Below are positions 29,492 through 39,274 of a stretch of DNA of 64,000 nt, piece after piece. The notes beneath the pieces are model-generated. The model did not search any database and was not told the origin of the DNA. It worked only from the letters and a program-made list of their open reading frames with translations. Position 1 is the stretch's first letter. Every line of letters starts with the position of its first letter. The DNA comes from an uncultured delta proteobacterium (GTDB lineage Bacteria > Myxococcota_A > UBA9160 > SZUA-336): positions 416,001 through 480,000 of the forward strand of contig CAVPHD010000001.1 of assembly GCA_963704165.1 (NCBI GenBank), written 5' to 3'. The position numbers were made by a program, and so were the translations under genes.

Positions 29492-31033
29492 GTGAACGTG
29501 GTCCGGTCGTGCTCGTCGTGCTCGACGGATTCGGCCTCGGTCACGGCGGCCCTGGTGACGCGACGGCGCTCGCGAACGCGCCGTTCCTCGCGAAGCTGCG
29601 CACGAGCTGCCCGAGCGCGCAGCTCGAGACCTCCGGAGCCGCCGTCGGGCTCCCCGACGGTCAGATGGGCAACTCCGAGGTCGGCCACATGACCCTGGGC
29701 GCGGGCCGGATCATCGACATGGACATCGTGCGCATCTCCAAGGCGATCGATGCCGGCGAGCTTGCGGGACTGCCTGCGATCCAGAAAACCCTCGACGCGG
29801 CGGAACGCGCGGGCGGGGCGCTGCACCTGATGGGCCTGGTCTCCGACGGTGGCGTGCACAGCTCGCTCGACCACGTGCACGGAATTCTCCGCCTGCTCGC
29901 CGAACGCCGCATCCGTCCGATCCTGCACGCGTTCACCGACGGACGCGACACGCGCCCCGCGTTGCGCGCGGCGATTCATCGAGCCACTCGAGGCGCGTTG
30001 CCGGGAACTCGGTGGCTGCATCGCGACGCTCAGCGGACGCTACTGGGCGATGGACCGCGACAAGCGCTGGGATCGCGTCGCACGCGCGTACCGGGCGATC
30101 GTCTCGCGCGAGGGACGCGCCTGCGCCTCCGCGGTCGAAGCCGTCGATCGCGGCTGGGCAGCGGGAGAGGGCGACGAGTTCATCGCGCCGTCGGTGATCG
30201 CGGACGGCCCCGCGCTTCGCGACGGTGATGCGGTGCTCTTCTTCAATTTCCGCGCAGACCGCGCACGTGAGCTGACCAACGCCCTCACCCGCGTGCGCCC
30301 GGAAAACCTCGGCGAGGAAGTGTCCGCGCTTCCGCGGGTACGGCCCGCGATGTTCACGACGTTGACGGAATACGACGAGACCTTCGGCCTTCCGGCCGTC
30401 TTCGGCCCGGTGTCGGTGACGTCGAGCTTCGGCGAGATCGTCGCGGGCTCGGGCGGTCGCCAGCTGCGGATCGCCGAGACCGAGAAGTACGCGCACGTGA
30501 CCTACTTCTTCAACGGCGGGCGCGAGCAGCCATTCGAGAACGAGGATCGCACGCTGATCCCGTCGCCGCGCGACGTTCCCACCTACGACTTGAAGCCCGA
30601 GATGAGCGCGATCGCCGTCACGGACGCGCTGCTTCGGGCGCTCGATACCCACGACTACCGCTTCGTGCTCGTGAACTACGCGAATCCCGACATGGTCGGT
30701 CACACCGGCGTGATCCCGGCCGGTGTCGCCGCGGTCGAGACGGTGGACGCGTGTCTGGCACGGCTCTGCGAGGCGGTGCTCGCGCACGGAGGATCGCTTC
30801 TGATCACCGCCGATCACGGCAACATCGAGCAGCTGATCGATCCCGCGACCGGCGATCCGCACACCGCACACACGACCAACCCCGTGCCGATCTGGTGGGT
30901 CACGCGCGACTCCGACGCCGCAGGCCTGCGCGACGGCGGGCTCTCCGACGTCGCGCCGACCCTCTGCGAGCTGCTCGGCCTGCCGGTTCCGCGCGAGATG
31001 ACTGGCCGGAGCCTGCTCGTGCGCGCGGGTTAG
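29488..31033 (+). CDS. gpmI: 2,3-bisphosphoglycerate-independent phosphoglycerate mutase (1 apparent frameshift near 29952)
   Basis: VLDGFG, GQMGNSEVGH, SDGGVHS, DGRDT in one frame; GRYWAMDRD, AETEKYAHVT, NPDMVGHTG, TADHGN, HTAHT in the next; span is 3n+1. Confidence 0.92.
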
Positions 31034-31041
31034 GAACGCTC

Positions 31042-31694
31042 GTGCGCGGCGCGTTCGGTGCGCTCCTCGAGATCGTCGTCCCGAGCGTCTGCCCTGCCTG
31101 CGACGTGCCGCGCAGGGCGGGGGACACGCTTCTCTGTTGCGGCCTGCGCGCAGGGACTGCGCGCGCTTCCTCGACTTCGCGCGGTGCACACCGCGATCGC
31201 CTACGACGGAACCGGAATGGAGCTCCTGCGCCGCTTCAAGTTCGAGGGCCGGCGAGACGCGCTCGAGATCCTCGTCGGACGTCTGGAGGCGCGCGTTCGC
31301 GAGCTTCGCTTCGACGCGATCGTGCCGGTCCCGCGCCACTACACACGCGTGCGCAGCGAAGGCAACGATCCGGTCTTCTCGTTGGCTCGCGCGCTCGCAC
31401 GTAGCGACGGGGGTACCCCTCGTATCCAACGCGCTCGCACGCGCCCGAAGAACGGATCCTCAGACGGGGTTGTCGATCGCCTCCCGGCGCGAGAACGTCG
31501 CTGCGAGCTTCCGCGCACGTCCGGGGACGCTCGCCGGACGTCGTGTGCTCCTGCTCGACGACGTCGCGACCACCGGCGCGACCCTCGTCGAGGCCGCGCG
31601 GACCCTGCGCCGCGAGAGCGGCGCGCGCCGGATCACCCTGGCCGCTGCGGCCGGTACGCCCGCCGTGGAATCTGCTGCCGGGCCTCTGCTATAA
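31042..31694 (+). CDS. comF: ComF family phosphoribosyltransferase-like protein (2 apparent frameshifts)
   Basis: CPAC..C zinc-ribbon region, FKF, VPVP.H..R, Q.GL...R.EN and LLLDDVATTGATL across three frames; shifts near 31139 and 31403. Confidence 0.8.
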
Positions 31695-31701
31695 GTCCCC
31701 C

Positions 31702-31896
31702 ATGGCCGACACCATCCGGATCAAGAACAACGTCACCTACGGGCATCAGGCGAATCTCGGCGAGGACGTCGCCGAAGTGGAACTCGCGGCGGGCGACGAG
31801 CTCACCGTGCTCCAGGAATGGGAGAACTCCTGGCTCGCGAAGGCGAGCGACGGGAAGCTCTTCAATGTGAAGAAGGACGTGGCTGAGCCCGCGTGA
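31702..31896 (+). CDS. 64-aa hypothetical protein, SH3-like pattern
   Basis: Coding-like codon use; ELAAGDELTVLQEWENSW...DGK pattern; TGCTATAAG -10-like box upstream. Confidence 0.6.
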   Translation: MADTIRIKNNVTYGHQANLGEDVAEVELAAGDELTVLQEWENSWLAKASDGKLFNVKKDVAEPA

Positions 31897-32929
31897 TCAG
31901 CTCCGCGAGCGTCTTCACCAGGCGCTCCGGGTTGACCGGCTTCTTGAACAGCACGCCGTCGAGTCCCTCCAGGCGGCTGCGCTTGATGACGTGGTCCTGG
32001 TCGTAATAGAACGCCGTCATCAGGACCACGGGGGTGTCCGGCGCCTCGCGACGCGCCGCCTGGAACAGCTCGTAGCCGTCCATCTCCGGCATGACGACGT
32101 CCGACAGGACGACGTCGAAGTGCTCGGCACGGATGCGCTCGATCGCCTCGCGGCCGTTCCCGACCAGCGTGACCACACCCCCGTCGGCGCAGAGGATCTC
32201 GGCCACCGACTCGCGCACGGCGGGGTCGTCGTCGACGACCAGGATCCTGCGGTTCTCGAGCGCCCCCGTGGTGGCGTCGGGCCGCTCGGACAAGTCGATC
32301 ATCCGCGCCCGCCCGAGGTATTCGGTACTCGCGTACCTCTCCTGCCGAGCCATCTCGTTCAGGCGCCTCAGGTTCGCCTCGATCCGTCGGACCTCGGTGC
32401 GGACCTTCGACAAGCGCTCGATCTCGGCGAGGTCGCCCTTTGCGCGAAGATGCCGCTCCAGCAGCGAGACCTGGCTCTCGATCACGGTGAGAGGGTTGTT
32501 GATCTCGTGCGAGAGTCCGATCGCGACCTCGCCGAGCACCGCGAGCTGGTCGCGACGCTTGATCTCGGAGACGTCCTTCGCGAATCCGATCGTGCCTTGC
32601 TCGACCTCGTCCGCGTCGTAGAGGATCACGCCGGAGATCGCGACGTCGATCTCGTGGCCGTCCTTGGCGACGAACGTGGTGGGGAAGTTGACGATGCGTC
32701 CGGGCCCACCGTGCTCGGTGCTCCGCATCGCCGCCATCACGCGGCGGGCCTCCTCGATCGAAGGGTAGAGCTCGACGACGTACCGCCCGATGATCTCGAG
32801 GCGGGAGTAGCCGAGGTTCTCCCGGGCACCGTCGTTGTAGTACTGGACCGCGCCGTTCGCGCCGGTCGCGACCACGATGTCGGGAGAAACCTCGATCAGG
32901 CGCTCGAGGATCGCCCTGTCCAGCGGCAT
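31862..32929 (-). CDS. PAS-HisKA(DHp)-receiver signalling protein lacking a HATPase domain
   Basis: PAS (N..A...LGY...E.IG, KDG.EI, DVS), H-box SHEINNPL, REC (VVDDD, SDVVMP, MTA, KP). Confidence 0.85.
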   Translation of the reverse strand: MPLDRAILERLIEVSPDIVVATGANGAVQYYNDGARENLGYSRLEIIGRYVVELYPSIEEARRVMAAMRSTEHGGPGRIVNFPTTFVAKDGHEIDVAISGVILYDADEVEQGTIGFAKDVSEIKRRDQLAVLGEVAIGLSHEINNPLTVIESQVSLLERHLRAKGDLAEIERLSKVRTEVRRIEANLRRLNEMARQERYASTEYLGRARMIDLSERPDATTGALENRRILVVDDDPAVRESVAEILCADGGVVTLVGNGREAIERIRAEHFDVVLSDVVMPEMDGYELFQAARREAPDTPVVLMTAFYYDQDHVIKRSRLEGLDGVLFKKPVNPERLVKTLAELITRAQPRPSSH

Positions 32930-32976
32930 CGGCGGCAGTCTACCGCGCACGAAGCGTGCGCCGCAACGCGTCAACC

Positions 32977-35277
32977 CTACATGACTTCGAGTCTCGGCTT
33001 GCCGAGCGCCGCACGTGCATCGCTCTTCCAGACCGTGATCGCGAGGTGATTCTCGTCGTCGGCGGAGAGCACGCCCCACGGCAGCCAGAAGCGGCGCTGC
33101 GGTCCACGTTCGATCCAGCAGCGACCCAGCAGCCACCCGTTCAGGTACAGGTTCGCCCGGCCGCGACCCGGATCGAACGCGAGCCCGAGAGCGGTGCGCT
33201 TGGGATCGATGCCTTCGAGGCGGAAGCTCGTCTCGTACAGGCCCACGCCTTCTGGACTTCCCGTCCAGCCGTGAGGGAGGACGAGCTCCGAGGTCCCACG
33301 GCGCTCCACCTCCGCGAAGTCGACCCGTGGCGTGAGCCCGCGTTCGCCGTGAACGAGCCCACCGCGGAAGCGCCAGTGCAGCCGCGACGCGCCGGTATCG
33401 AGCGAAACGATCCCACGGGGGTTCCCGAAGTCGTCTGCGAAGCCCTTGTTGTGCCCGAGGCTCTCGACCAGGATCACGATCACGTGTCGGCCGGCATCGC
33501 TTCGGAACGCCCGGCGCAGGTCGATCGCTCGGACGCGCGCGCCGTCGGCGCCAACGCCGAGCGTGTTTCGAAGCTGTGCCCCGGACGCGACGAGCCCCCC
33601 GTCGATCCAGACCGAATACACGTGGCGCGCGTCGAGTACGAGCCGGTCGAGTCGACCCTCGAACGTTCCTCGGTACCAGATGCAGCCGTAGTGCACGCCG
33701 AGCGTGTCGAGATCGATCCGGCCCCGCTCGACATCGCGCGCGGGGATCTCCGGCCAGGACGAGTCGTCGTACTCCGGCGCGAGCTGCGGGCTCGCGTTCG
33801 AGAAGCGCCAGGATTCGAGGCGCGGCACGAGCGGTGGAATCCCGCTCGAGGCGGCCGGAGCCTCGGGTAGCTCGGGGCTCACGGCGACGAGCGCGCGCGT
33901 CTGCTTGTCGTAGACACGGATCTGCGTCTCCCACGGCGCGAGCCAGGCGCGCTCACCTTCCGGGAGCTTCAGTTCGACACGTTCGCGTGTTGGGTTGCGC
34001 AGAAACGCATAGCGTCGCGAATCGCCGATGCGCGTCCGGAAATGTTGCAGGCAGGAGCGTTCGTGCTCGGGATCGAGTTCCGTCGCCGCGAGGTCCGCCT
34101 CGTGCTCGGCGAGGAACCGGTTCAGATTCCGCACCGCTTCGTGGCGCGCACCGGTCGCGCCGGATTCCGCGATCGGCGCTCCGTAGTCGTAGGAGCTGTA
34201 GACATCGGGACTCCCGAGGTATCCGAACGTGACGCCGCCGCAGTAGACGTAGTAGTTCCAGAGCGTGCCGCGGGCGGCGAGCGCGGCCTTGGTCGTCGCG
34301 TCGATCGAGTCGGCGCCGAGTCGTTCTCGGAGATGCGCGTAGCCGCCTCCGCCCCAACCGTCGTACCAGCCCGCCTGCAGCTCGGGGTAGAAGACGGGAT
34401 TCTCGATGCGACCGTGCGCGTCGAGCGCATCCTCGTCGACGGCGAAGTCGTCGAAGGTCGTGGGCCGCGAGCGCCAATCGCTCTCGAAGTCGGTGATCGG
34501 ATAGCGATCGATCGCGAGCAGATCGACATCGAGCTGGCGACCCGAGAGTGCCGCGACGTCGTTGTGAAAGATCGGAACCCGCACCCCGAGCCGCCTCGAC
34601 AGCTTGTAGAGCTCTCGCATGTAGGCGTTTCGCTGGCCGAGCTCGTCGCCCGGGTCGCTCGGTGGAGCCGCCGTGAGTGCGCGACGCCGGATCCATGGCG
34701 TGTTCGCGAGCCGCGCGAGTCGCTTCGATCCGAGCCAGCGGATCAGCAGATCCGCGAATCCGCTCGAGAGCATTTCGAGATGCGCGGGGACGGAGTACTC
34801 GTTCTCGATCTGGAAGAGCAGCAGGTTCTCGCGCGAGGCGATGCGCGGAACGACCGCGGCAAACCACTCGCGCACGGCTTCGAGGTAGGCCATCGAATAC
34901 GCGAAACCTCCGGATTTCCGGCAGCGAAGCACCACGGATGGATCGCGAAGCAGGTACGCCGGCAGACCACCGAGATCGACCTCGGCGCAGATGTAGGGTC
35001 CCGGCCGTGCAATCAGGTAGAGCCCCGCCTCCTCGATCAGATCGTGCAGGTGCTCGATGTCGCGAAGATCGGCAAAGTCGTACTCGCCCGCGCGCTCGCT
35101 GTGGAAGTTCCACGGATAGTAGACGTCGACGGCGTTCAGTCCGGCGTCCTTCATCTTGGCGATCCGGTCGCGCCAGAGCTCGCGCGCCGGCAGGCGGAAG
35201 TAGTGCAGCGATCCGGACCGGACGATCCGTCGCCGTCCATCGACCCGGAGGCTGTAGCGATCGAACTCGACCCGCAA
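32977..35277 (-). CDS. Glycoside hydrolase family 35 beta-galactosidase-like
   Basis: GSLHYFRLP, GLNAVDVYYPWNFH, RPGPYICAE, QIENEY, PELQAGW, SSYDYGAPI.E; start approximate. Confidence 0.9.
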   Translation of the reverse strand: MRVEFDRYSLRVDGRRRIVRSGSLHYFRLPARELWRDRIAKMKDAGLNAVDVYYPWNFHSERAGEYDFADLRDIEHLHDLIEEAGLYLIARPGPYICAEVDLGGLPAYLLRDPSVVLRCRKSGGFAYSMAYLEAVREWFAAVVPRIASRENLLLFQIENEYSVPAHLEMLSSGFADLLIRWLGSKRLARLANTPWIRRRALTAAPPSDPGDELGQRNAYMRELYKLSRRLGVRVPIFHNDVAALSGRQLDVDLLAIDRYPITDFESDWRSRPTTFDDFAVDEDALDAHGRIENPVFYPELQAGWYDGWGGGGYAHLRERLGADSIDATTKAALAARGTLWNYYVYCGGVTFGYLGSPDVYSSYDYGAPIAESGATGARHEAVRNLNRFLAEHEADLAATELDPEHERSCLQHFRTRIGDSRRYAFLRNPTRERVELKLPEGERAWLAPWETQIRVYDKQTRALVAVSPELPEAPAASSGIPPLVPRLESWRFSNASPQLAPEYDDSSWPEIPARDVERGRIDLDTLGVHYGCIWYRGTFEGRLDRLVLDARHVYSVWIDGGLVASGAQLRNTLGVGADGARVRAIDLRRAFRSDAGRHVIVILVESLGHNKGFADDFGNPRGIVSLDTGASRLHWRFRGGLVHGERGLTPRVDFAEVERRGTSELVLPHGWTGSPEGVGLYETSFRLEGIDPKRTALGLAFDPGRGRANLYLNGWLLGRCWIERGPQRRFWLPWGVLSADDENHLAITVWKSDARAALGKPRLEVM

Positions 35278-35281
35278 CGGG

Positions 35282-36220
35282 TTACTCGTTTGCCGCGAGC
35301 CAGCGCTCCGCATCGAGAGCCGCCATGCAGCCCGTACCGGCGGCCGTCACCGCCTGCCGGTAGTGCGGATCCATCGCGTCGCCGCAGGCGAAGACGCCCT
35401 CGACGTTCGTACGCGACGAGCCCGGCTGCACGATCAGGTAGCCGGCGGCGTTCATGTCGAGGGTTTCGCGAAACAGACCTGTGTTGGGCTCGTGGCCGAT
35501 CGCCACGAACAGGGCGCCGACCGCGAGCTCCGACGACTCACCGCTGCGCAGGTCGCGAAGCCGAACGCCAGTTGCGGCTCGATCGTCGCCGAGTACCTCC
35601 GCGACCTCGCTGTGCAGGATGAAGCGGATCTTCTCGTGCCGGCGTGCGCGCTCCTGCATGATCCGGCTCGCGCGCAGCTCGCCGCGCCGATGGATCACGT
35701 GCACGACGGTGGCGAAGCGCGTCAGGAAGAGCGCTTCCTCGAGCGCGGTGTCGCCACCACCCACGACGGCGATCTCCCTGCCCCGGTAGAGCGCACCGTC
35801 ACAGGTCGCGCACGCGGAGACCCCGCGATTGGTGTACTTCGCTTCGGATTCGAGACCGAGCCACTTGGCCGTGGCTCCGGTCGCAACGATGACGCTGTCC
35901 GCCTCGAAACGCTGCGAGTCGGTCTCGATGCCGAACGGCCGACGACGGAAATCGACGGCGGTCGCGTCCTCGAAGAGCACGCGGGTGCCGAATCGCTCGG
36001 CCTGCTTCTGGAAGAACTCCATCAGCTCGGGTCCGGCGACACCCTCGGGAAAGCCGGGGTAGTTCTCGACCTCGGTGGTGATCATCAGCTGCCCGCCGAA
36101 TGCCGTGCCGCCGATCACGACGGGTGCGAGCTCGGCTCGGGCAGCGTAGATCGCGGCGGTGTAGCCGGCCGGTCCGCTGCCGATGATCACGAGCTTCTTT
36201 CGCTCGACGGGCTTCATCAC
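35282..36220 (-). CDS. trxB: Thioredoxin-disulfide reductase
   Basis: GSGPAGYTAA, ENYPGF, CATCDG, GGGDTA, YRQAVTAAG.GC. Confidence 0.97.
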   Translation of the reverse strand: MMKPVERKKLVIIGSGPAGYTAAIYAARAELAPVVIGGTAFGGQLMITTEVENYPGFPEGVAGPELMEFFQKQAERFGTRVLFEDATAVDFRRRPFGIETDSQRFEADSVIVATGATAKWLGLESEAKYTNRGVSACATCDGALYRGREIAVVGGGDTALEEALFLTRFATVVHVIHRRGELRASRIMQERARRHEKIRFILHSEVAEVLGDDRAATGVRLRDLRSGESSELAVGALFVAIGHEPNTGLFRETLDMNAAGYLIVQPGSSRTNVEGVFACGDAMDPHYRQAVTAAGTGCMAALDAERWLAANE

Positions 36221-36693
36221 GAGAAGCGGATCTCGCGGACCTCGTAGGAGCGACTCCCCGCGGGCACGACGACTTGTACTTGATCTTCGACCTGCTTGCC
36301 GATCAGCGCCCGCGCCACGGGGCTGCTCACCGAGAGCAGTCCCTTCGACACGTCGGCCTCGTCCTCGCCCACGATCCGATAGGTCACCTCGTCACCCGAG
36401 TCGAGATCTTCGAGCACGACGGTCGTGCCGAAGCGCACCCGATCCGGCGGCAGCCCGGAGCTGTCCACGACCTCGGCGCGCGCGAGCTTGTCCTCGATCT
36501 GGCGAATGCGCGCCTCGATCATTCCCTGCTTGTCCTTGGCGGCGTCGTACTCGGCGTTCTCGGAGATGTCGCCGTGCTCCCGGGCACGTCGGATCGCGTC
36601 GGAGATCGCCGGACGCTCCACGCCCTTCAGGCGCCGGAGTTCCTCCGCCAGCATCTCGTGCCCCTCTCGGGTCATGTGGACCTTCGTGGCCAA
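36217..36693 (-). CDS. greA: Transcription elongation factor GreA
   Basis: AREHGDISENAEY, YRIVGEDEAD, SPVARALIGK; GAGGAG SD before a TTG start. Confidence 0.95.
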   Translation of the reverse strand: MATKVHMTREGHEMLAEELRRLKGVERPAISDAIRRAREHGDISENAEYDAAKDKQGMIEARIRQIEDKLARAEVVDSSGLPPDRVRFGTTVVLEDLDSGDEVTYRIVGEDEADVSKGLLSVSSPVARALIGKQVEDQVQVVVPAGSRSYEVREIRFS

Positions 36694-36813
36694 CACCGCG
36701 CTCCTCAGGCCCAAGGTTGGGTCGGCCGGATATCGCTGTCAACGCGACGTCCTCGGTTCACGAGCGGCCGATTGCACGGTAGACTCCCCTACCCTCGCCG
36801 AGGAGAGACGTCC

Positions 36814-38163
36814 GTGCTGAAGATCTCGCTACGCTCGATCGCCGCCCCCATGCTCGCCGCCTGCCTCGTCACGACCGCACTCGGGTGCGGGTCCGAGATC
36901 GAGACGAGCGCGCCGGGTTCTCCCGAGATCAAGGCTCTGCGCTTCGCGGGGGTGGACCTCGTCTACGCGCTCGAGCGCATCGCCGCAGAGGCGAAGCTGC
37001 CGCTCGCTCTCGATCAGATACGAACGGACGACGCCACGCCCGACCTCGCGCTCTACCGCGTCGACATCGACCTGCCCGCCGGCCCGCTCGATGTCGCCCT
37101 GCGCAAGCTGATCGCCGCCGTGGGCGGGCTCGACTACGAGATCAGGAACGGCGTCCTCTACGTGCGCAGCAACATGCTGGTGACCACGACGACACCGATC
37201 GACCAGCCGCTTCTTCCGAGCTCCAGCTTCAAGGGAACGATGGCCGATCTCACCCGGTACATCCTGGCGACGATCCCCTCGAGCTACGTCGTGATCGAGC
37301 GCGTGGTCGGTGATCCCGAGCCTCCGACGGTCGAGTTCGAGATCGCGGACAAGGCCAGCGTCAAGGACGTCTTCCTGCAGTACGCGCACGCCTCGAAGCT
37401 CGGTTGGACGATGTACCGTGCCGGTCAGAAGGTCGACGATCCGACGCACGGAGCCGCCATCATCGGTACCACGATCCAGGTGCGGTACCCGCGAACCTCG
37501 ACGTCACGACGGCCCCAGGTGTTCCAGTTGATGTGTACGACGAGCGCGCTCGCCGCCGCGTCCGCGCGACTCGGTGTTCCGTTCGTCGTGATGGATCGCT
37601 CCGTGCTTCTCGATACCCGCGGCTTCTTGAACCTGTCGAGTCAGAAGGAGCAGGGGCTGTCGCTCGAAGAGACGATCGAAGAGCTCGCGCAATCGGGCTG
37701 GGGTCCCGAGCGCTGGCATTTCAAGTGGAAGCTGGAGGATGGGGTGCCCGTGCTCGAGAGCCGGGACTACCTGCATCGCCTCGCGGGCCGTGACCTGTTC
37801 CGCGCGGAGCTCCTTGCGGGCGAGTTCGAAGGCAGCCTTCCGGAGCTTGCGCGCTGGGTCAACGCGCACATGAAGAAACCGACCCACGAGGTCCTGATGG
37901 GCGGCGAGATCGTGGAGGGAATGCCGCGCGGCAAGATGAGAATCGCACCCGGAACGACGCTCCAGCAGGCGCTGGTCGCGTTCGCGAAGAACTCGGGAGT
38001 GTCGGTCTACGTCGTGCTGGTCGGATCGCAGAACCCGCTCAGCGGAAAGCTGGTCTCGAACCCGAAGGCCTGGCAGGGCGCGTTCATCCAGGATCTGTCG
38101 GAATGGAAGAACACGGAAGAGGAACTCCGGAGAGCGAGCGGGGTCATTTCCTCCGAGAAGTGA
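36814..38163 (+). CDS. Hypothetical lipoprotein with tandem STN/secretin-N-like domains
   Basis: GAGGAG SD, lipobox ALGC, internal two-fold sequence similarity. Confidence 0.6.
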   Translation: MLKISLRSIAAPMLAACLVTTALGCGSEIETSAPGSPEIKALRFAGVDLVYALERIAAEAKLPLALDQIRTDDATPDLALYRVDIDLPAGPLDVALRKLIAAVGGLDYEIRNGVLYVRSNMLVTTTTPIDQPLLPSSSFKGTMADLTRYILATIPSSYVVIERVVGDPEPPTVEFEIADKASVKDVFLQYAHASKLGWTMYRAGQKVDDPTHGAAIIGTTIQVRYPRTSTSRRPQVFQLMCTTSALAAASARLGVPFVVMDRSVLLDTRGFLNLSSQKEQGLSLEETIEELAQSGWGPERWHFKWKLEDGVPVLESRDYLHRLAGRDLFRAELLAGEFEGSLPELARWVNAHMKKPTHEVLMGGEIVEGMPRGKMRIAPGTTLQQALVAFAKNSGVSVYVVLVGSQNPLSGKLVSNPKAWQGAFIQDLSEWKNTEEELRRASGVISSEK

Positions 38164-38173
38164 CGTCCGGCTG

Positions 38174-38425
38174 CTAGGTGAGCCGCTCCTCGAGTACGCG
38201 GATGATGTACCCGATGATCAGGAGATTCGGCAGGCGGCCTCGCACGTCCTCGAGATCGAGACCCTTGCGCATGCACTGGTCTGCAAACTGATCCGCATAC
38301 GACGCGAAGAACTCGAGCATGTCCATGCTCACGTTCTTCGCGAGCATCGTGTTGATGTCCGCGGAGTCGAGGTCATCGAACAGCTCGGTGAACTCCAGTG
38401 CGATCTCTCGTCCGGTCATCTGCAC
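38174..38425 (-). CDS. Small acidic hypothetical protein (83 aa)
   Basis: Coding-like composition; own putative promoter upstream. Confidence 0.65.
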   Translation of the reverse strand: MQMTGREIALEFTELFDDLDSADINTMLAKNVSMDMLEFFASYADQFADQCMRKGLDLEDVRGRLPNLLIIGYIIRVLEERLT

Positions 38426-38611
38426 GCACTCATCCGCGCGATTCCTTCGACTGTTGCGATCTCGACGGCAGACATCAGCCGTCGGGCGCGCCGATCATGC
38501 CAGCGCGCGAATGCTCGAGTCAACGCCACTTCTTCTGGAATTCCGCGGACATGCGCGTTTCGTGCGCTTCACGAGCCGAGCTGCACAGGCGATTTCGACG
38601 CAAGTCCGTCG

Positions 38612-39181
38612 CTACAGGCTCGGCGGTTCTCGGCTTTCACGCGGCCGCGCGCGGAGCTCGATCTCGAGCGCGCTTTCGTCGTCGGGAATCGGGATCGCGA
38701 TCTCCAACAGCGACTCGCTCACGAGAACCGGCGCCCCCGTGCGCAGGGCCACCGCGATCGCATCGCTCGGCCGCGCGTCGATCACCAGCGAACGCCCGTG
38801 GGACTCCACCTCGATCGCCGCGTAGAACGTGCCCTCGCGCAGCTCGGTCACGAGCGTCCGGCGAACCCGACCCTCGAGGCGCTCGAGCAAGTCCTTCAAC
38901 AGATCATGCGAGTTGGGTCGCACGATCGGCTCGCGTCCGAGAGCGCGCGCGATCGAACCCGCTTCGAACTCGCCGATCCAGATGCGCAAGCTGCGCCCGC
39001 CCTCACCGTCTTCGACGAGACTCAGGACGGGGCTCTCGGTGCGCGGATCGAGCGCGACGCCCTCGACGTGCACGACACGGAGGGAGTCCTCCGAACTCAC
39101 CCGCTCGCACGCGAACACGACGAGCGCGCAGAGAATGAGCGTGGGAAGCGGCAATCCCCTCGAGACGAAGATGCGTCGCAC
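38612..39181 (-). CDS. Bifunctional nuclease (DUF151/DNase-RNase) family protein
   Basis: L.IWIG.FEA, RP.SHDL, FYA, IDARPSDAIAVALR motifs; start approximate. Confidence 0.88.
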   Translation of the reverse strand: MRRIFVSRGLPLPTLILCALVVFACERVSSEDSLRVVHVEGVALDPRTESPVLSLVEDGEGGRSLRIWIGEFEAGSIARALGREPIVRPNSHDLLKDLLERLEGRVRRTLVTELREGTFYAAIEVESHGRSLVIDARPSDAIAVALRTGAPVLVSESLLEIAIPIPDDESALEIELRARPRESREPPSL

Positions 39182-39274
39182 GACATCCCTCCCAGGCTCG
39201 CCCCCGCAGTGGCAACGATACCACGCCCTCCCGCGTGGAGGAGCGCGCTCGCGCTTCGGTGTAAGCTCGGCGCG

